A stretch of 64,000 nucleotides of DNA, from contig CAZGUZ010000004.1 in NCBI GenBank assembly GCA_964529025.1, positions 4,805-68,804 on the forward strand, in the 5' to 3' direction. The translations under genes and the position numbers were made by a program. The notes beneath the pieces are model-generated. The model was not told the DNA's origin. It saw nothing but the letters and a program-made list of their open reading frames with translations, and did not search any database. Positions 46,958 to 56,187 of this stretch are shown piece after piece. This DNA is from an uncultured Candidatus Saccharibacteria bacterium (lineage in GTDB: Bacteria; Patescibacteriota; Minisyncoccia; Phycocordibacterales; PALSA-1337). Every line of letters starts with the position of its first letter. The stretch's first letter is position 1.

Positions 46958-48745
46958 CTATTCCTTAACTGTTCGCTTAAACTTTGCTCGGTCAGTGGCA
47001 GTGAGATATTTTTTACGGAGTCGTACTGAAAGAGGAGTGATTTCGAGGTATTCATCGTCGCGCATAGTTTCAAGACCACGCTCAATGTCGAGCTTCCAAG
47101 CTGGTGTAAGCATGATGTGCTCATCAGAACCAGAAGCACGCATGTTAGTGAGCTGCTTTCCTTTGCATGGGTTAACCTCCATATCTTCGCCCTTTGATAC
47201 GTCACCAACAATCATGCCTTCGTAAACGTTAGTGCCCGGCTCAATAAAGATTCGGCCTCGTGCTTGTAGGTTCCACAAAGCAAATGCTACTGCTTGGCCA
47301 GCCATCATCGATGACATAGCTCCTGTTGTATGCTTTTCAATTGAGCCAGCATATTCTTTAAAGCCAACGAAACGACTTGCAAGAATTCCTTGACCCTTAG
47401 TGTCGATAACGAAAGCTCCACGGTATCCCAAAAGACCACGAGTAGGGATTTCGAAAATCATGCGAACCTGATTTTCTTTTGTCTTCATGTCTGTCATGAG
47501 AGCCTTTCGAACACCGAGCTTTTCGATAATTGCTCCAGAGAATTCCTCGGGAATATCGATAGTAAGCTCTTCATATGGTTCAAGCTTAACGCCGTTTTCT
47601 TCTTTAAAGATTACCTGTGGCTGTGATACTTGAAGCTCATAACCTTCGCGACGCATATTTTCAAGAAGAACTGCAATGTGGAGTTCACCTCGGCCATATA
47701 CTTTGTAGTATTCAGAAGAACTAAAATCTACCTTAAGACCAACGTTAATTTCGAGCTCTTTTTCGAGTCTGTCACGAATCTGTCGGCCAGTTACAAATTT
47801 ACCTTCTTTTCCGGCAAATGGAGAGTTGTTAACAAGAAAGTTAAGCGAGATCGTTGGCTCATCAATCGTAATAGCAGGCATTGCAGGAGTAGCATCGGCA
47901 TCGGTAATAGTTTCACCGATGTAAATATCAGGAATACCGGCTATGGTAATGATGTCGCCAGATTCTGCTTGGGCTACTTCGACACGCTTTTTACCTTCGA
48001 AAGAGAAAAGCTTAGTAATGCGTCCAGTAATTGTTGAACCATCAATCTTTTTTACAAAAACTTGCTGACCATTTTTAATGGTACCGTCATATACTCGGGC
48101 AATAGCAAGGCGACCAAGAAAGTTGTCATAGCCAAGGTTAAATGTTTGAGCAACAAGAGGTGCCTCAGGGTTTTTATTTGCCTTTGGAACAAACTCAATA
48201 ATAGTGTCGAGAAGTGGTGTAAGGTCTGTTGATGTATCGGTAAGGTTCTTTTTAGCAATTCCTTGGCGGCCAATAGCGTAAATTGTAGGGAAGTCGATTT
48301 GAATATCATTTGCACCAAGCTCCATAAAGAGTTCGAGCACCATTTCATGAACCTTTTCTGGCTGAGCAGCTGGCTTATCAATTTTATTGATAATAACAAT
48401 AGGGCGTAGGCCAAGTTCAAGAGACTTCTTAAGTACGAAACGAGTCTGTGGCATAGGGCCTTCCTGAGCGTCGACAACAAGGAGAACAGTGTCGATTGAT
48501 CGCAAAACGCGTTCTACTTCTGAGCCAAAGTCAGCGTGTCCTGGTGTGTCGACAATGTTAATCTTTGTTCCTTTATAGTTAATTGAGGTGTTTTTGGCGT
48601 AAATGGTAATGCCTCGTTCTTGTTCAAGAGCATTTGAATCCATACTACCTTCGTCGCCATGACCACATTGTGTCATGATTGCATCGGTAAGGGTTGTTTT
48701 GCCGTGGTCCACGTGTGCGATAATCGCAATGTTTCGTATATCCAT
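46958..48745 (-). CDS. typA: Translational GTPase TypA/BipA
   Basis: [47 protein letters not shown]. Confidence 0.97.
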   Translation of the reverse strand: MDIRNIAIIAHVDHGKTTLTDAIMTQCGHGDEGSMDSNALEQERGITIYAKNTSINYKGTKINIVDTPGHADFGSEVERVLRSIDTVLLVVDAQEGPMPQTRFVLKKSLELGLRPIVIINKIDKPAAQPEKVHEMVLELFMELGANDIQIDFPTIYAIGRQGIAKKNLTDTSTDLTPLLDTIIEFVPKANKNPEAPLVAQTFNLGYDNFLGRLAIARVYDGTIKNGQQVFVKKIDGSTITGRITKLFSFEGKKRVEVAQAESGDIITIAGIPDIYIGETITDADATPAMPAITIDEPTISLNFLVNNSPFAGKEGKFVTGRQIRDRLEKELEINVGLKVDFSSSEYYKVYGRGELHIAVLLENMRREGYELQVSQPQVIFKEENGVKLEPYEELTIDIPEEFSGAIIEKLGVRKALMTDMKTKENQVRMIFEIPTRGLLGYRGAFVIDTKGQGILASRFVGFKEYAGSIEKHTTGAMSSMMAGQAVAFALWNLQARGRIFIEPGTNVYEGMIVGDVSKGEDMEVNPCKGKQLTNMRASGSDEHIMLTPAWKLDIERGLETMRDDEYLEITPLSVRLRKKYLTATDRAKFKRTVKE

Positions 48746-48823
48746 ATAGAGAAATTAGACCATAATTAAAGCAAAATAATGGCTTAATGTCAATTTATTT
48801 GTTATTGAGGGTATAAAATTCTA

Positions 48824-50101
48824 CTAGGGAACTCGAATTCGCTTGAGGAGAGGTGAAATATGCACTGCAATATCGTAACTTAGTGTCTTTGCTTCACGAG
48901 CAATTGAATAGAGAGAGTTCTGGTGCATAAAATCTTCTCCGCTCATGACACAAACTTCATCACCTTCTTTAATAATCATAATTTGCGAAGCTAAAGTAAT
49001 ATCAATTGCAGTAATGTTCATGCTTACTCTTCCAATGATTGGGCAATAGATTTCATTAATACGAACGTTGCCATTATTAGATAATGCTCGAGGAATACCT
49101 TCGTTGTATCCAAGGGGGATTAGGGCAATTAAGCGGTCGCGCGGAGCAATGTATGTCATATTGTAACCGACACTTTCTCCAGCTTTTACTTTTTTTATAC
49201 CATAGAGCTTTGCATATACAGACATAACTAATTTAAGAGGAACAATGTCGTCGACAGTTGCACCAATGGTAAGGCCAAACATACCACCGCCAATACGTAC
49301 AACATTGGCATGTGCTTGATTTGCATAATAGGTTCCACCTGTATTACTGATATGTGTGTATTTGAGTTGCGGAGCAAAAGGCGAGAGTTCTTGTACTGCA
49401 TTATTCCATGTCGTGATTTGTTCGAGAGATTTTGTAGGATCAGCAGAATCAGAATCTGCAAAGTGTGAAGCAAAACCGTGGACGTGTATTTTTGCCTTCG
49501 GACAGACTTCCAAAAGTTCTTTGAGATCAGTAAATTCGTTCGGCTTTATGCCTTGTCGATTCATTCCTGTATCAATTTTGATGTGAATAGAAACAGGTAC
49601 GGGCTCGAATACTCGAGTTGGTTCGCCTTTGTACTCAATGCGGTACTTAATGAGGTCGCGGAAATGATCCATACTTGAAATCATGTATGAACAATGCGGA
49701 ATACTGTCATAGTGTATGGTGCGTGCCTCGGTGTAGCCGGCAATAAGGATAGGGAGGTGTGTGCTTTGTGCGCGCAAAGCTTGTGCTTCAAAAAAAGAAT
49801 CAACAACAAAGAATGGGATTTTGTCGGCAAAATTCTCGGTGAGAATTTGCGCAACAAGGGTTGCACCATGCCCGTATGCATTGCTTTTGAGTACAGGAGC
49901 AATTTTGAGCGGTTTGTCCGCCTGCGCTAAAAGTGCTGACCACGCAGAAAAATTGTGCTTAAGGGCAGATTCAGAAATGCGTACGGTAATAAGGGGAGGA
50001 AACTTGCCAGCTCGTGCCGAGCGCAGTTTATAAAATATTTGTCGCAAGTTACGACCTACGGTGTACAACCAATGTGTTATAAAAAACGGCATTTTATACA
50101 T
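48824..50101 (-). CDS. alr: Alanine racemase
   Basis: PVLKSNAYGHG, HIKIDTGMNRQG, SHFADSD, GYNEG, IGRVSMN; TG-TATACT just upstream of ATG 50101. Confidence 0.93.
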   Translation of the reverse strand: MYKMPFFITHWLYTVGRNLRQIFYKLRSARAGKFPPLITVRISESALKHNFSAWSALLAQADKPLKIAPVLKSNAYGHGATLVAQILTENFADKIPFFVVDSFFEAQALRAQSTHLPILIAGYTEARTIHYDSIPHCSYMISSMDHFRDLIKYRIEYKGEPTRVFEPVPVSIHIKIDTGMNRQGIKPNEFTDLKELLEVCPKAKIHVHGFASHFADSDSADPTKSLEQITTWNNAVQELSPFAPQLKYTHISNTGGTYYANQAHANVVRIGGGMFGLTIGATVDDIVPLKLVMSVYAKLYGIKKVKAGESVGYNMTYIAPRDRLIALIPLGYNEGIPRALSNNGNVRINEIYCPIIGRVSMNITAIDITLASQIMIIKEGDEVCVMSGEDFMHQNSLYSIAREAKTLSYDIAVHISPLLKRIRVP

Positions 50102-50391
50102 AGAGAGAGTATACAAGAAGTGGGGGGATGTTGCTATTGATGTGTGGGGTTTTAGTGTTGGCAGGTTAGGGTATTGTGAGGGGATCGAGCTACCCACCAC
50201 GTGCCGAACGTAGTTTATAAAATATTTGTCGCAAGTTACGACCTACGGTGTACAACCAATGTGTTATAAAAAACGGCATTTTATACATAGAGAGAGTATA
50301 CAAGAAGTGGGGGGATGTTGCTATTGATGTGTGGGGTTTTAGTGTTGGCAGGTTAGGGTATTGTGAGGGGATCGAGCTACCCACCACGTGC
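50013..50391. repeat. 187-bp tandem duplication of the alr promoter and first ~29 codons
   Basis: 50013-50199 and 50200-50386, two mismatches, CGTGC microhomology at the junctions. Confidence 0.92.
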
Positions 50392-50429
50392 TATTTACTA
50401 TCATTATACTGTATGTTATAATATAAATA

Positions 50430-50987
50430 GTGAAAACATTTGTAATCTTTCTGGATCAGCTTGAAAAGGCCGGGCTAGATGTAGAAGCTGTAGAAGCCTT
50501 TTCTGTGCTTTCGGGCGCAGAGAAGGCACGCATTGCCGCCGCAATGATGGCAGTGATGAGGGTACCGCCTGACTCCGGTCAGACGGTGGTCATGCAGCCT
50601 CCTCCGGTCCAGCAAGGCAAGAGCCGGAAGGTACATATCGTCAATCGCACGAGTGGCCTTCCGAAGGTGGAGTGCAGTGTCCACCGAGAATGGCCGCCAA
50701 TCGGTGTCGTCGCTATTGGCACTGAAATGTGCCTCGGTGATATCGAAGACGTTGGGCCGGGGTGGCGGCTGGCAAACCCAGCTGAGATGCTGTGGTATGT
50801 AGCTGTAGTAACACCAAAGACATCGTTCATTGGGGAGAGGGCTGTGGTCCACGGGAAGGGTTATCAACTTCTCCTTAAGTTGAGAGATGACGGGTCCTGG
50901 ACTCAAGAGTTTGGGACCATGGCAAAGGGCGGGAGTCACTTTCCAGCACTCCTCGTCAAGATCAACAACGAGGACTACATCATCTAG
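50430..50987 (+). CDS. Hypothetical protein (GC-rich orphan)
   Basis: 185-aa ORF after an AT-rich promoter region, followed by a terminator. Confidence 0.6.
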   Translation: MKTFVIFLDQLEKAGLDVEAVEAFSVLSGAEKARIAAAMMAVMRVPPDSGQTVVMQPPPVQQGKSRKVHIVNRTSGLPKVECSVHREWPPIGVVAIGTEMCLGDIEDVGPGWRLANPAEMLWYVAVVTPKTSFIGERAVVHGKGYQLLLKLRDDGSWTQEFGTMAKGGSHFPALLVKINNEDYII

Positions 50988-51010
50988 AGTACTTGCTCTG
51001 GATGATGCGC

Positions 51011-51052
51011 AAAAGACGGTCATTCTCGAAAGAGGTGGCCGTTTTCTTTTTT
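51011..51052 (+). terminator. Intrinsic terminator
   Basis: ACGGTCATTCT-CGAA-AGAGGTGGCCGT then TTTCTTTTTT. Confidence 0.75.
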
Positions 51053-51177
51053 GTACTACGCAAGACTTTTTTGATAAGGATATACGCATTCCACATAACT
51101 TTGTATAGGTATCGGGTGATAAGAACGACATTTTATATATAGAGAATTCATACAAGAATGACTGATCGATCACGTAA

Positions 51178-51206
51178 TTGACATATATAGCTAAAAGTAG
51201 TATAAT
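51178..51206 (+). promoter_or_regulatory. Perfect consensus sigma70 promoter
   Basis: TTGACA-N17-TATAAT. Confidence 0.85.
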
Positions 51207-51260
51207 CTTCTTCAGAAAGGACCCTATAAACGGTTCATAACGAGCCGAGGGAACAATCAA

Positions 51261-51677
51261 ATGAGTCATTATTTACATAGAGGCCCGTCGAGGGTCGAGT
51301 ACCTCAAAGCAACCTTTTCGATGGTTGCCTCATCGGTGTTTTACTTCGTCGCAGCTGCCATCGTCTTGGTGGTGGCGCTGTGTCTGAAGCTCGACATCGA
51401 GTTTACGTACAGACCTATCTGGGCGCTGTTTGGTGTCATTGTGGCGATTGCATCGCTTGGGCAGTTGTGCTGGATTGTACCCAGCACAATCTACGCCCTG
51501 CGAAATGAGTTCAAAAATCAGGTCATCTGCGACATGGAGTCGCGGATCGACACTGCACAAGTGATGCTTCCGTGGCGGCTGCCACGAGAGGTGTGGGATG
51601 GGTTGGCTGACGACGCACAACGACTTCGCCGCTCTTGGAAACGGCGACAAGAGCGGCGGCGAAGTGCTGGGAAGTAG
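51261..51677 (+). CDS. Hypothetical two-TM membrane protein (GC-rich orphan)
   Basis: Two hydrophobic helices, basic tail, own promoter and terminator. Confidence 0.65.
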   Translation: MSHYLHRGPSRVEYLKATFSMVASSVFYFVAAAIVLVVALCLKLDIEFTYRPIWALFGVIVAIASLGQLCWIVPSTIYALRNEFKNQVICDMESRIDTAQVMLPWRLPREVWDGLADDAQRLRRSWKRRQERRRSAGK

Positions 51678-51691
51678 TATCCCAGCACACG

Positions 51692-51722
51692 AGGCGGAGG
51701 ACTTGTTCCTCCGCCTTTTTTC
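51692..51722 (+). terminator. Intrinsic terminator
   Basis: AGGCGGAGGA-CTTGT-TCCTCCGCCT-TTTTT. Confidence 0.85.
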
Positions 51723-51808
51723 TTAGCTAGTTTTCCTATTTGCAGTAATAAACAGTATGTATTGCATTTTTTACAAGATTAATGTATTCTGTGATCTATA
51801 ACAAAGCC

Positions 51809-51967
51809 ATGGCAAAACAGACCCGACTTATACAACTCAAGAATAAGGAAACTGGCGAAGTATACTGGACCGCTAAAAACAAGCGAAAAGTTGAGCGAAA
51901 AATCGAGCTCAAAAAGTACAGTTCAAAACTTCGAAAACACGTTTCATTCAAAGAAGGAAAGAAGTAG
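51809..51967 (+). CDS. rpmG: 50S ribosomal protein L33 (Cys-free form)
   Basis: YWTAKNKR...KIELKKYS.KLRKHV.FKE. Confidence 0.93.
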   Translation: MAKQTRLIQLKNKETGEVYWTAKNKRKVERKIELKKYSSKLRKHVSFKEGKK

Positions 51968-52032
51968 CAAAAATACCGCTCTGCGGTTTTTTGTTTGCGA
52001 TTCCGCAATTTTCGCGCTACAGTAGGTGTAAA

Positions 52033-52103
52033 GGGCGATTAGTTAAGTGGTATAACTACGGTCTCCAAAACCGTTGTCGGGGGTTCGATTCCCTCATCGC
52101 CCG
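52033..52103 (+). tRNA. tRNA-Trp(CCA)
   Basis: GGGCGAT/ATCGCCC acceptor, ACGGT-CTCCAAA-ACCGT. Confidence 0.95.
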
Positions 52104-52124
52104 CAACAGCAGTATGAGCTAAGC

Positions 52125-52430
52125 ATGTCTCGGCGAATACTGACTCTTGATCGAGCCAAAGAATGGATTAATAAATTTAACTTGGACTTACATTTTACTG
52201 GTGTTGGATACAAACAGAGTAAGGCTCCAGCGTGTAAAGATCTTGATATCTATGTTGATGATGATATTGATAAACTCGAGGAGTTGTTGAGTGTTGTTCC
52301 ACAGCGACTGTTGCTATCGTGGGATTATAATCAACATGTTCCCAGTTCAAACATTGCTCAACGAATTAATTCGTGGCACGAGATTTATAATTTTGTTATT
52401 TCAAATAACCTTCACGAGAGGAGTCGATAA
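52125..52430 (+). pseudogene. C-terminal fragment of a HAD-family 5'-nucleotidase-like gene
   Basis: AKEWINK, SKA..C.DLDIYVDD, WDYN, RINSWHEI match the C-terminal half; N-terminal DxD motif absent. Confidence 0.5.
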
Positions 52431-52472
52431 ATTCTTTGTAAGTTCTTTATAAAGTCGTGGTATACTCTGTGT

Positions 52473-53258
52473 ATGAATCGGTCTCTGGTTAAAGTAAGTA
52501 TTGTTATGAGCGCGGGAGTCGCTCTTATTTGCGCTCTTATTGTAGGAATTCCTCCACTACAAAATTGGATCACTCTTTCTACTGCGCGAAAAGCTAATTC
52601 TGTTTCGTATTCAGTTGCTAATGTGGTTGCTGCTGCGCATCAGGTGTGGGGGCATGCTTCGAGTACAACGTATTTAACGGTTCCTTTTCTTAAGCAAAAA
52701 TATTCGCTCTCGTGCGAAATCGCTTCTTTGCGCATGGCTTTAGCGTATAAAGGAAAGCCTATTGATGAAGACTTCTTAATTTCTCAATTGCCTTTTGATA
52801 CCATTGATCCTATTTCTATAGACAAAGTGACGGGCGCTCGAGTTTGGGGTGATCCATATAAGGGTTTTGTCGGCATCATCAATGGAAAAATGCCTGTAAC
52901 TGGCTATGGTGTATATGATAAGCCAGTATACGACATTGCAAAACTCTATGGCGAAGCCGAGCTCTTAGAGAATGCAACACTCCGCGATATTATTCGTGAA
53001 ATTCTTTTGGGTAATCCTGTTGTTGTGTGGGGTTCATTAACGGATGGAAAAGATATTTCTTGGTTTACTCCCGAGGGAAAGGAAATTAAAGCAATTGCAG
53101 GTGAGCATGCTCGTGTTTTCGTTGGTTTTTATGGTGATCCAGAGCAACCAACAGAAATTCTTTTAATTGACCCTGTGTACGGACATATTCGTATGTCAAC
53201 AGAAAAGTTTTTGAAAGATTGGTCTCTTTTAGGGAATATGGGTGTTGTGATTCGTTAA
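52473..53258 (+). CDS. C39 family peptidase-like protein
   Basis: VPFLKQ..SLSCEIASL.MAL, WGDPYKGFVG, GEHARV, DP..G. Confidence 0.85.
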   Translation: MNRSLVKVSIVMSAGVALICALIVGIPPLQNWITLSTARKANSVSYSVANVVAAAHQVWGHASSTTYLTVPFLKQKYSLSCEIASLRMALAYKGKPIDEDFLISQLPFDTIDPISIDKVTGARVWGDPYKGFVGIINGKMPVTGYGVYDKPVYDIAKLYGEAELLENATLRDIIREILLGNPVVVWGSLTDGKDISWFTPEGKEIKAIAGEHARVFVGFYGDPEQPTEILLIDPVYGHIRMSTEKFLKDWSLLGNMGVVIR

Positions 53259-53280
53259 TGATAAGCCTGTTTTAAATACT

Positions 53281-54246
53281 TTAATTGTTCGTACCAAGTT
53301 TGACTTTAATGTGATTGAGTATTTGCTGGGTATTCTTTGGATCAAACCAAACAATATCAGTATTTTTTTTATGCCAGGTAAGTTGGCGTTTTGCATACTG
53401 CCAAATTTTTGTTTCGAGTTCGGCGAGTAATTCCTTTTCACGAGGCGTTCCTTGTGATTTTTCTGCGATAATTTGCGCCATGTATGCATATTCAAGACCG
53501 AGCTCCTTGCAGCGTTCCAGAGTTAACTTTTGAGAATCGAGTAAGTGTTGTGACTCGGCAAGCATTCCATTATTGTATCGTTGAATAAGTCGCTCCGAAA
53601 TCAATAAGCGGAGTTCTGTAAGTGGAGGGCAAACACCAATCCAAATAATGTTGTAGTCTTGTGGGTCTATTTGATAGCTCTGCACTTGCTGTGGAGCGGC
53701 ATTCTCAGGTTGTACTTTAGACAAAGTTTGCTCGACAAATAATGCGCGAATTAAACGGCGTATGTTATGAGGATCAAGATTTGATGCTCGCTCAGGATTC
53801 AAGGTGTGAATATCGTGGAGGATTTCATTGGGTGTGCGCTTTTCTTGCTCTTGAATAAATGAAAGTGGTGTAGGGGGTACATTGTGCATGCTTGTTCGAC
53901 ATAAAAGTGTGTCGATGTAAAAACCTGTTCCACCGCAAACTATTGGAATAGAGTTGTGTGACTCAATTGCAGTAATTGCAGTGCGGGCATATTGTGACCA
54001 CGTTACAGCACTCATAGAACCCAGCTGTGATTGTGGCTCTTGTATATCGATACAGTGGTGGGGAATACCCGCCATTTCCGTGTGAGTAATTTTACCTGTA
54101 CCAATGTTGAGGCCGCAGTACACCTGCCGAGAATCTGCCGATATGATTTCGCCACCAAACTGTTGCGCAACTTTAATAGAAAGGCTAGTTTTACCCGCTG
54201 CGGTGGGGCCGGTGATGATAATAAGGGGTTTTTGAGCTGTTTTCAT
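53281..54246 (-). CDS. miaA: tRNA dimethylallyltransferase
   Basis: GPTAAGKT, ISADSRQVY, GGTGFY, QYAKRQLTW. Confidence 0.96.
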   Translation of the reverse strand: MKTAQKPLIIITGPTAAGKTSLSIKVAQQFGGEIISADSRQVYCGLNIGTGKITHTEMAGIPHHCIDIQEPQSQLGSMSAVTWSQYARTAITAIESHNSIPIVCGGTGFYIDTLLCRTSMHNVPPTPLSFIQEQEKRTPNEILHDIHTLNPERASNLDPHNIRRLIRALFVEQTLSKVQPENAAPQQVQSYQIDPQDYNIIWIGVCPPLTELRLLISERLIQRYNNGMLAESQHLLDSQKLTLERCKELGLEYAYMAQIIAEKSQGTPREKELLAELETKIWQYAKRQLTWHKKNTDIVWFDPKNTQQILNHIKVKLGTNN

Positions 54247-54345
54247 GCAAGGTTGGGTGCACATATTCGCAGCAGAGTATCATTCATTTCTCGTTCTGCT
54301 TCTACGGCTTGAGCTAGCGTTTCTCATTCAAATATTCATTTCGTA

Positions 54346-54430
54346 TGGTGCCGGAGGAGAGAATCGAACTCTCATGGGTTGCCCCGCACGATTTTGAGTC
54401 GTGTGCGTCTGCCAATTCCGCCACTCCGGC
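54346..54430 (-). tRNA. tRNA-Leu(CAA)
   Basis: GCCGGAG/CTCCGGC acceptor, anticodon loop CTCAAAA, CCA. Confidence 0.95.
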
Positions 54431-54583
54431 ATTTATTGCGCTACCTTTCGGTTGTCTATTACACGTGATACTGTAGCAGATTTTTAAATAAAATACGAGA
54501 CTTGCATTCGAGAGCTGGATCCACTGAGTTGTAATTGACAGACTCGATAAAAATAGGGTATATTCTATTCGTAGTTCTTTATT

Positions 54584-54944
54584 ATGAACCCCCCCCAAAA
54601 AAAATCCCCTCCTCGATGTCCTATCGAGGGACGGAGACCCCACAGATGATGAGGTCGACAGTGTCGACCTTTCTACAATGCTCGTTAAGGCGAGCATCAA
54701 CAGAGCTCCGACTTTTGCAAGTCCGGGGCTCGAGGGTGGCAGCTTTATTGCTGCGAGTAACGGCAACTTGCTTGCCGCAGAACACAACTCCACTCTGCGG
54801 TTTTTGCAGGGAGGTACTACGGGTAACCAGGTCGTCATGACCGCAGTTCCCGAGACCGGTAGTGCTGGTATGCTGTTCGGTATTGCGGCATGTTTTGTCG
54901 CCGGCCTTCTGTTCCTGCGGGGGCGCAGGGCAGTTGTTGGGTAG
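54584..54944 (+). pseudogene. Small PEP-CTERM-like protein gene, frameshifted in a C8A8 tract (or translated from ATG 54678)
   Basis: C-terminus TAVPETGS-TM-RGRR; ATG 54584 follows TTGACA-N18-TATATT and is 1 nt out of frame across CCCCCCCCAAAAAAAA. Confidence 0.5.
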
Positions 54945-54964
54945 AGCCTTGGGCAGGCTTTTCA

Positions 54965-54995
54965 GGCGGCGACCGTTTGGACGGTCGCCGCTTTT
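54965..54995 (+). terminator. Intrinsic terminator
   Basis: GCGGCGACCGT-TTGG-ACGGTCGCCGC-TTTT. Confidence 0.85.
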
Positions 54996-55096
54996 ATATT
55001 TCCTCAATTTAAATAAACATACATGTACCCGCTATGTTATACTAAGTATACGTTTGCAATGCATACAGCATTTAATGTAATTACTCATTTACCCAC

Positions 55097-56170
55097 ATGT
55101 CGCAGTACCAGAACGATTCAATTTTTTGGATAGAAGTAGAAAAGGTTAAGCCTAATCCATACCAGCCTCGCCACGAATTTGACGATGCTCGTCTCAAGGA
55201 TTTGGCTGAGTCTATTCGAATGTATGGAATTCTGCAGCCACTTGTTGTTACGCGCAAAGAAGTGTATCGAGAAGACGGCGGCTTACACACCGAGTACGAG
55301 CTCATTTCTGGGGAGCGCCGTTTGCGTGCATCTAAAATTGCTGGTCTAGCACAGGTTCCTGCCCTTATTCGTAGTGGCGAAGATGATGCCCGCGTAAAGC
55401 TCGAGCTTGCAATTATTGAAAACCTTCAGCGCGAAGATCTTAATGCTGTTGATCGAGCTCGTTCTTTCCAACGCCTTGCTGATGAATTCGGTCTTAAGCA
55501 TACACAAATTGCCGAAAAGGTAGGTAAAAGTCGTGAATATGTTTCAAACACACTACGCATTCTTGCTTTGCCTGAAGAAATGCTCAATGCTCTTTCTGAA
55601 GGAAAAATCAGCGAAGGTCATACTCGACCGCTCCTTATGTTGGTTGATCATAAAGATGAACAAATGACTTTGTACAAAGAAATTATGTACAAAAAGCTTA
55701 CGGTTCGCGAAGCTGAATCAATTGCTCGAAAAGTTGCTACTGATCGAGTGCGAAAAAAAGAATACGCTGTTGATCCAGAAATTGTTGAGCTCGAGCAGCG
55801 TTTTAAAGAGACTCTGGGAACACGAGTACATATTGAGCGCAAAGATCGTGGTGGCAAGATTATGATTGATTATTTTTCTCCCGAAGACTTGCGTGCCATT
55901 CTTGATTTGGTTAATTCAAGTTCTAAAAAAGTCGGCACAACATCGCTCGAGCGTTTTGAATCAACTCTTGCACAGGCAACCCCTGTGCAAACAGTAACTT
56001 CGACTGAGCAAGCCCAGACTCAAACTCAAGCTCCAGCTTTGGCTCAAGCTGATGAACTCAATACTGCTGCAGAGGTAAATCCTGCAATTCTTGATGATAG
56101 GACAAAACAAGAAAAACAAGCCGATGAAACAGACGAAGATTTATACTCAATAGCAAACTTTACGGTTTAG
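55097..56170 (+). CDS. parB: ParB/Spo0J partition protein
   Basis: PNPYQPR, GILQPLVV, GERRLRA, ENLQREDL, HTH. Confidence 0.93.
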   Translation: MSQYQNDSIFWIEVEKVKPNPYQPRHEFDDARLKDLAESIRMYGILQPLVVTRKEVYREDGGLHTEYELISGERRLRASKIAGLAQVPALIRSGEDDARVKLELAIIENLQREDLNAVDRARSFQRLADEFGLKHTQIAEKVGKSREYVSNTLRILALPEEMLNALSEGKISEGHTRPLLMLVDHKDEQMTLYKEIMYKKLTVREAESIARKVATDRVRKKEYAVDPEIVELEQRFKETLGTRVHIERKDRGGKIMIDYFSPEDLRAILDLVNSSSKKVGTTSLERFESTLAQATPVQTVTSTEQAQTQTQAPALAQADELNTAAEVNPAILDDRTKQEKQADETDEDLYSIANFTV

Positions 56171-56187
56171 TTAGTTTGTCCGAGTTG

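Noticed and set aside
50102-50387. 33-aa N-terminal extension of Alr and the 65-aa ORF 50190..50387
   Set aside because: Both are products of reading through the duplicated promoter region; the -10 box indicates a start at 50101.
50475-51269. 264-aa minus-strand ORF
   Set aside because: It is antisense to 50430..50987 and crosses a terminator and a promoter.
54314-55080. ORFs 54314..54838, 54535..54840, 54621..55007 and 54862..55080
   Set aside because: They overlap tRNA-Leu(CAA), a promoter or a terminator; only the VPE-TM frame looks protein-like.
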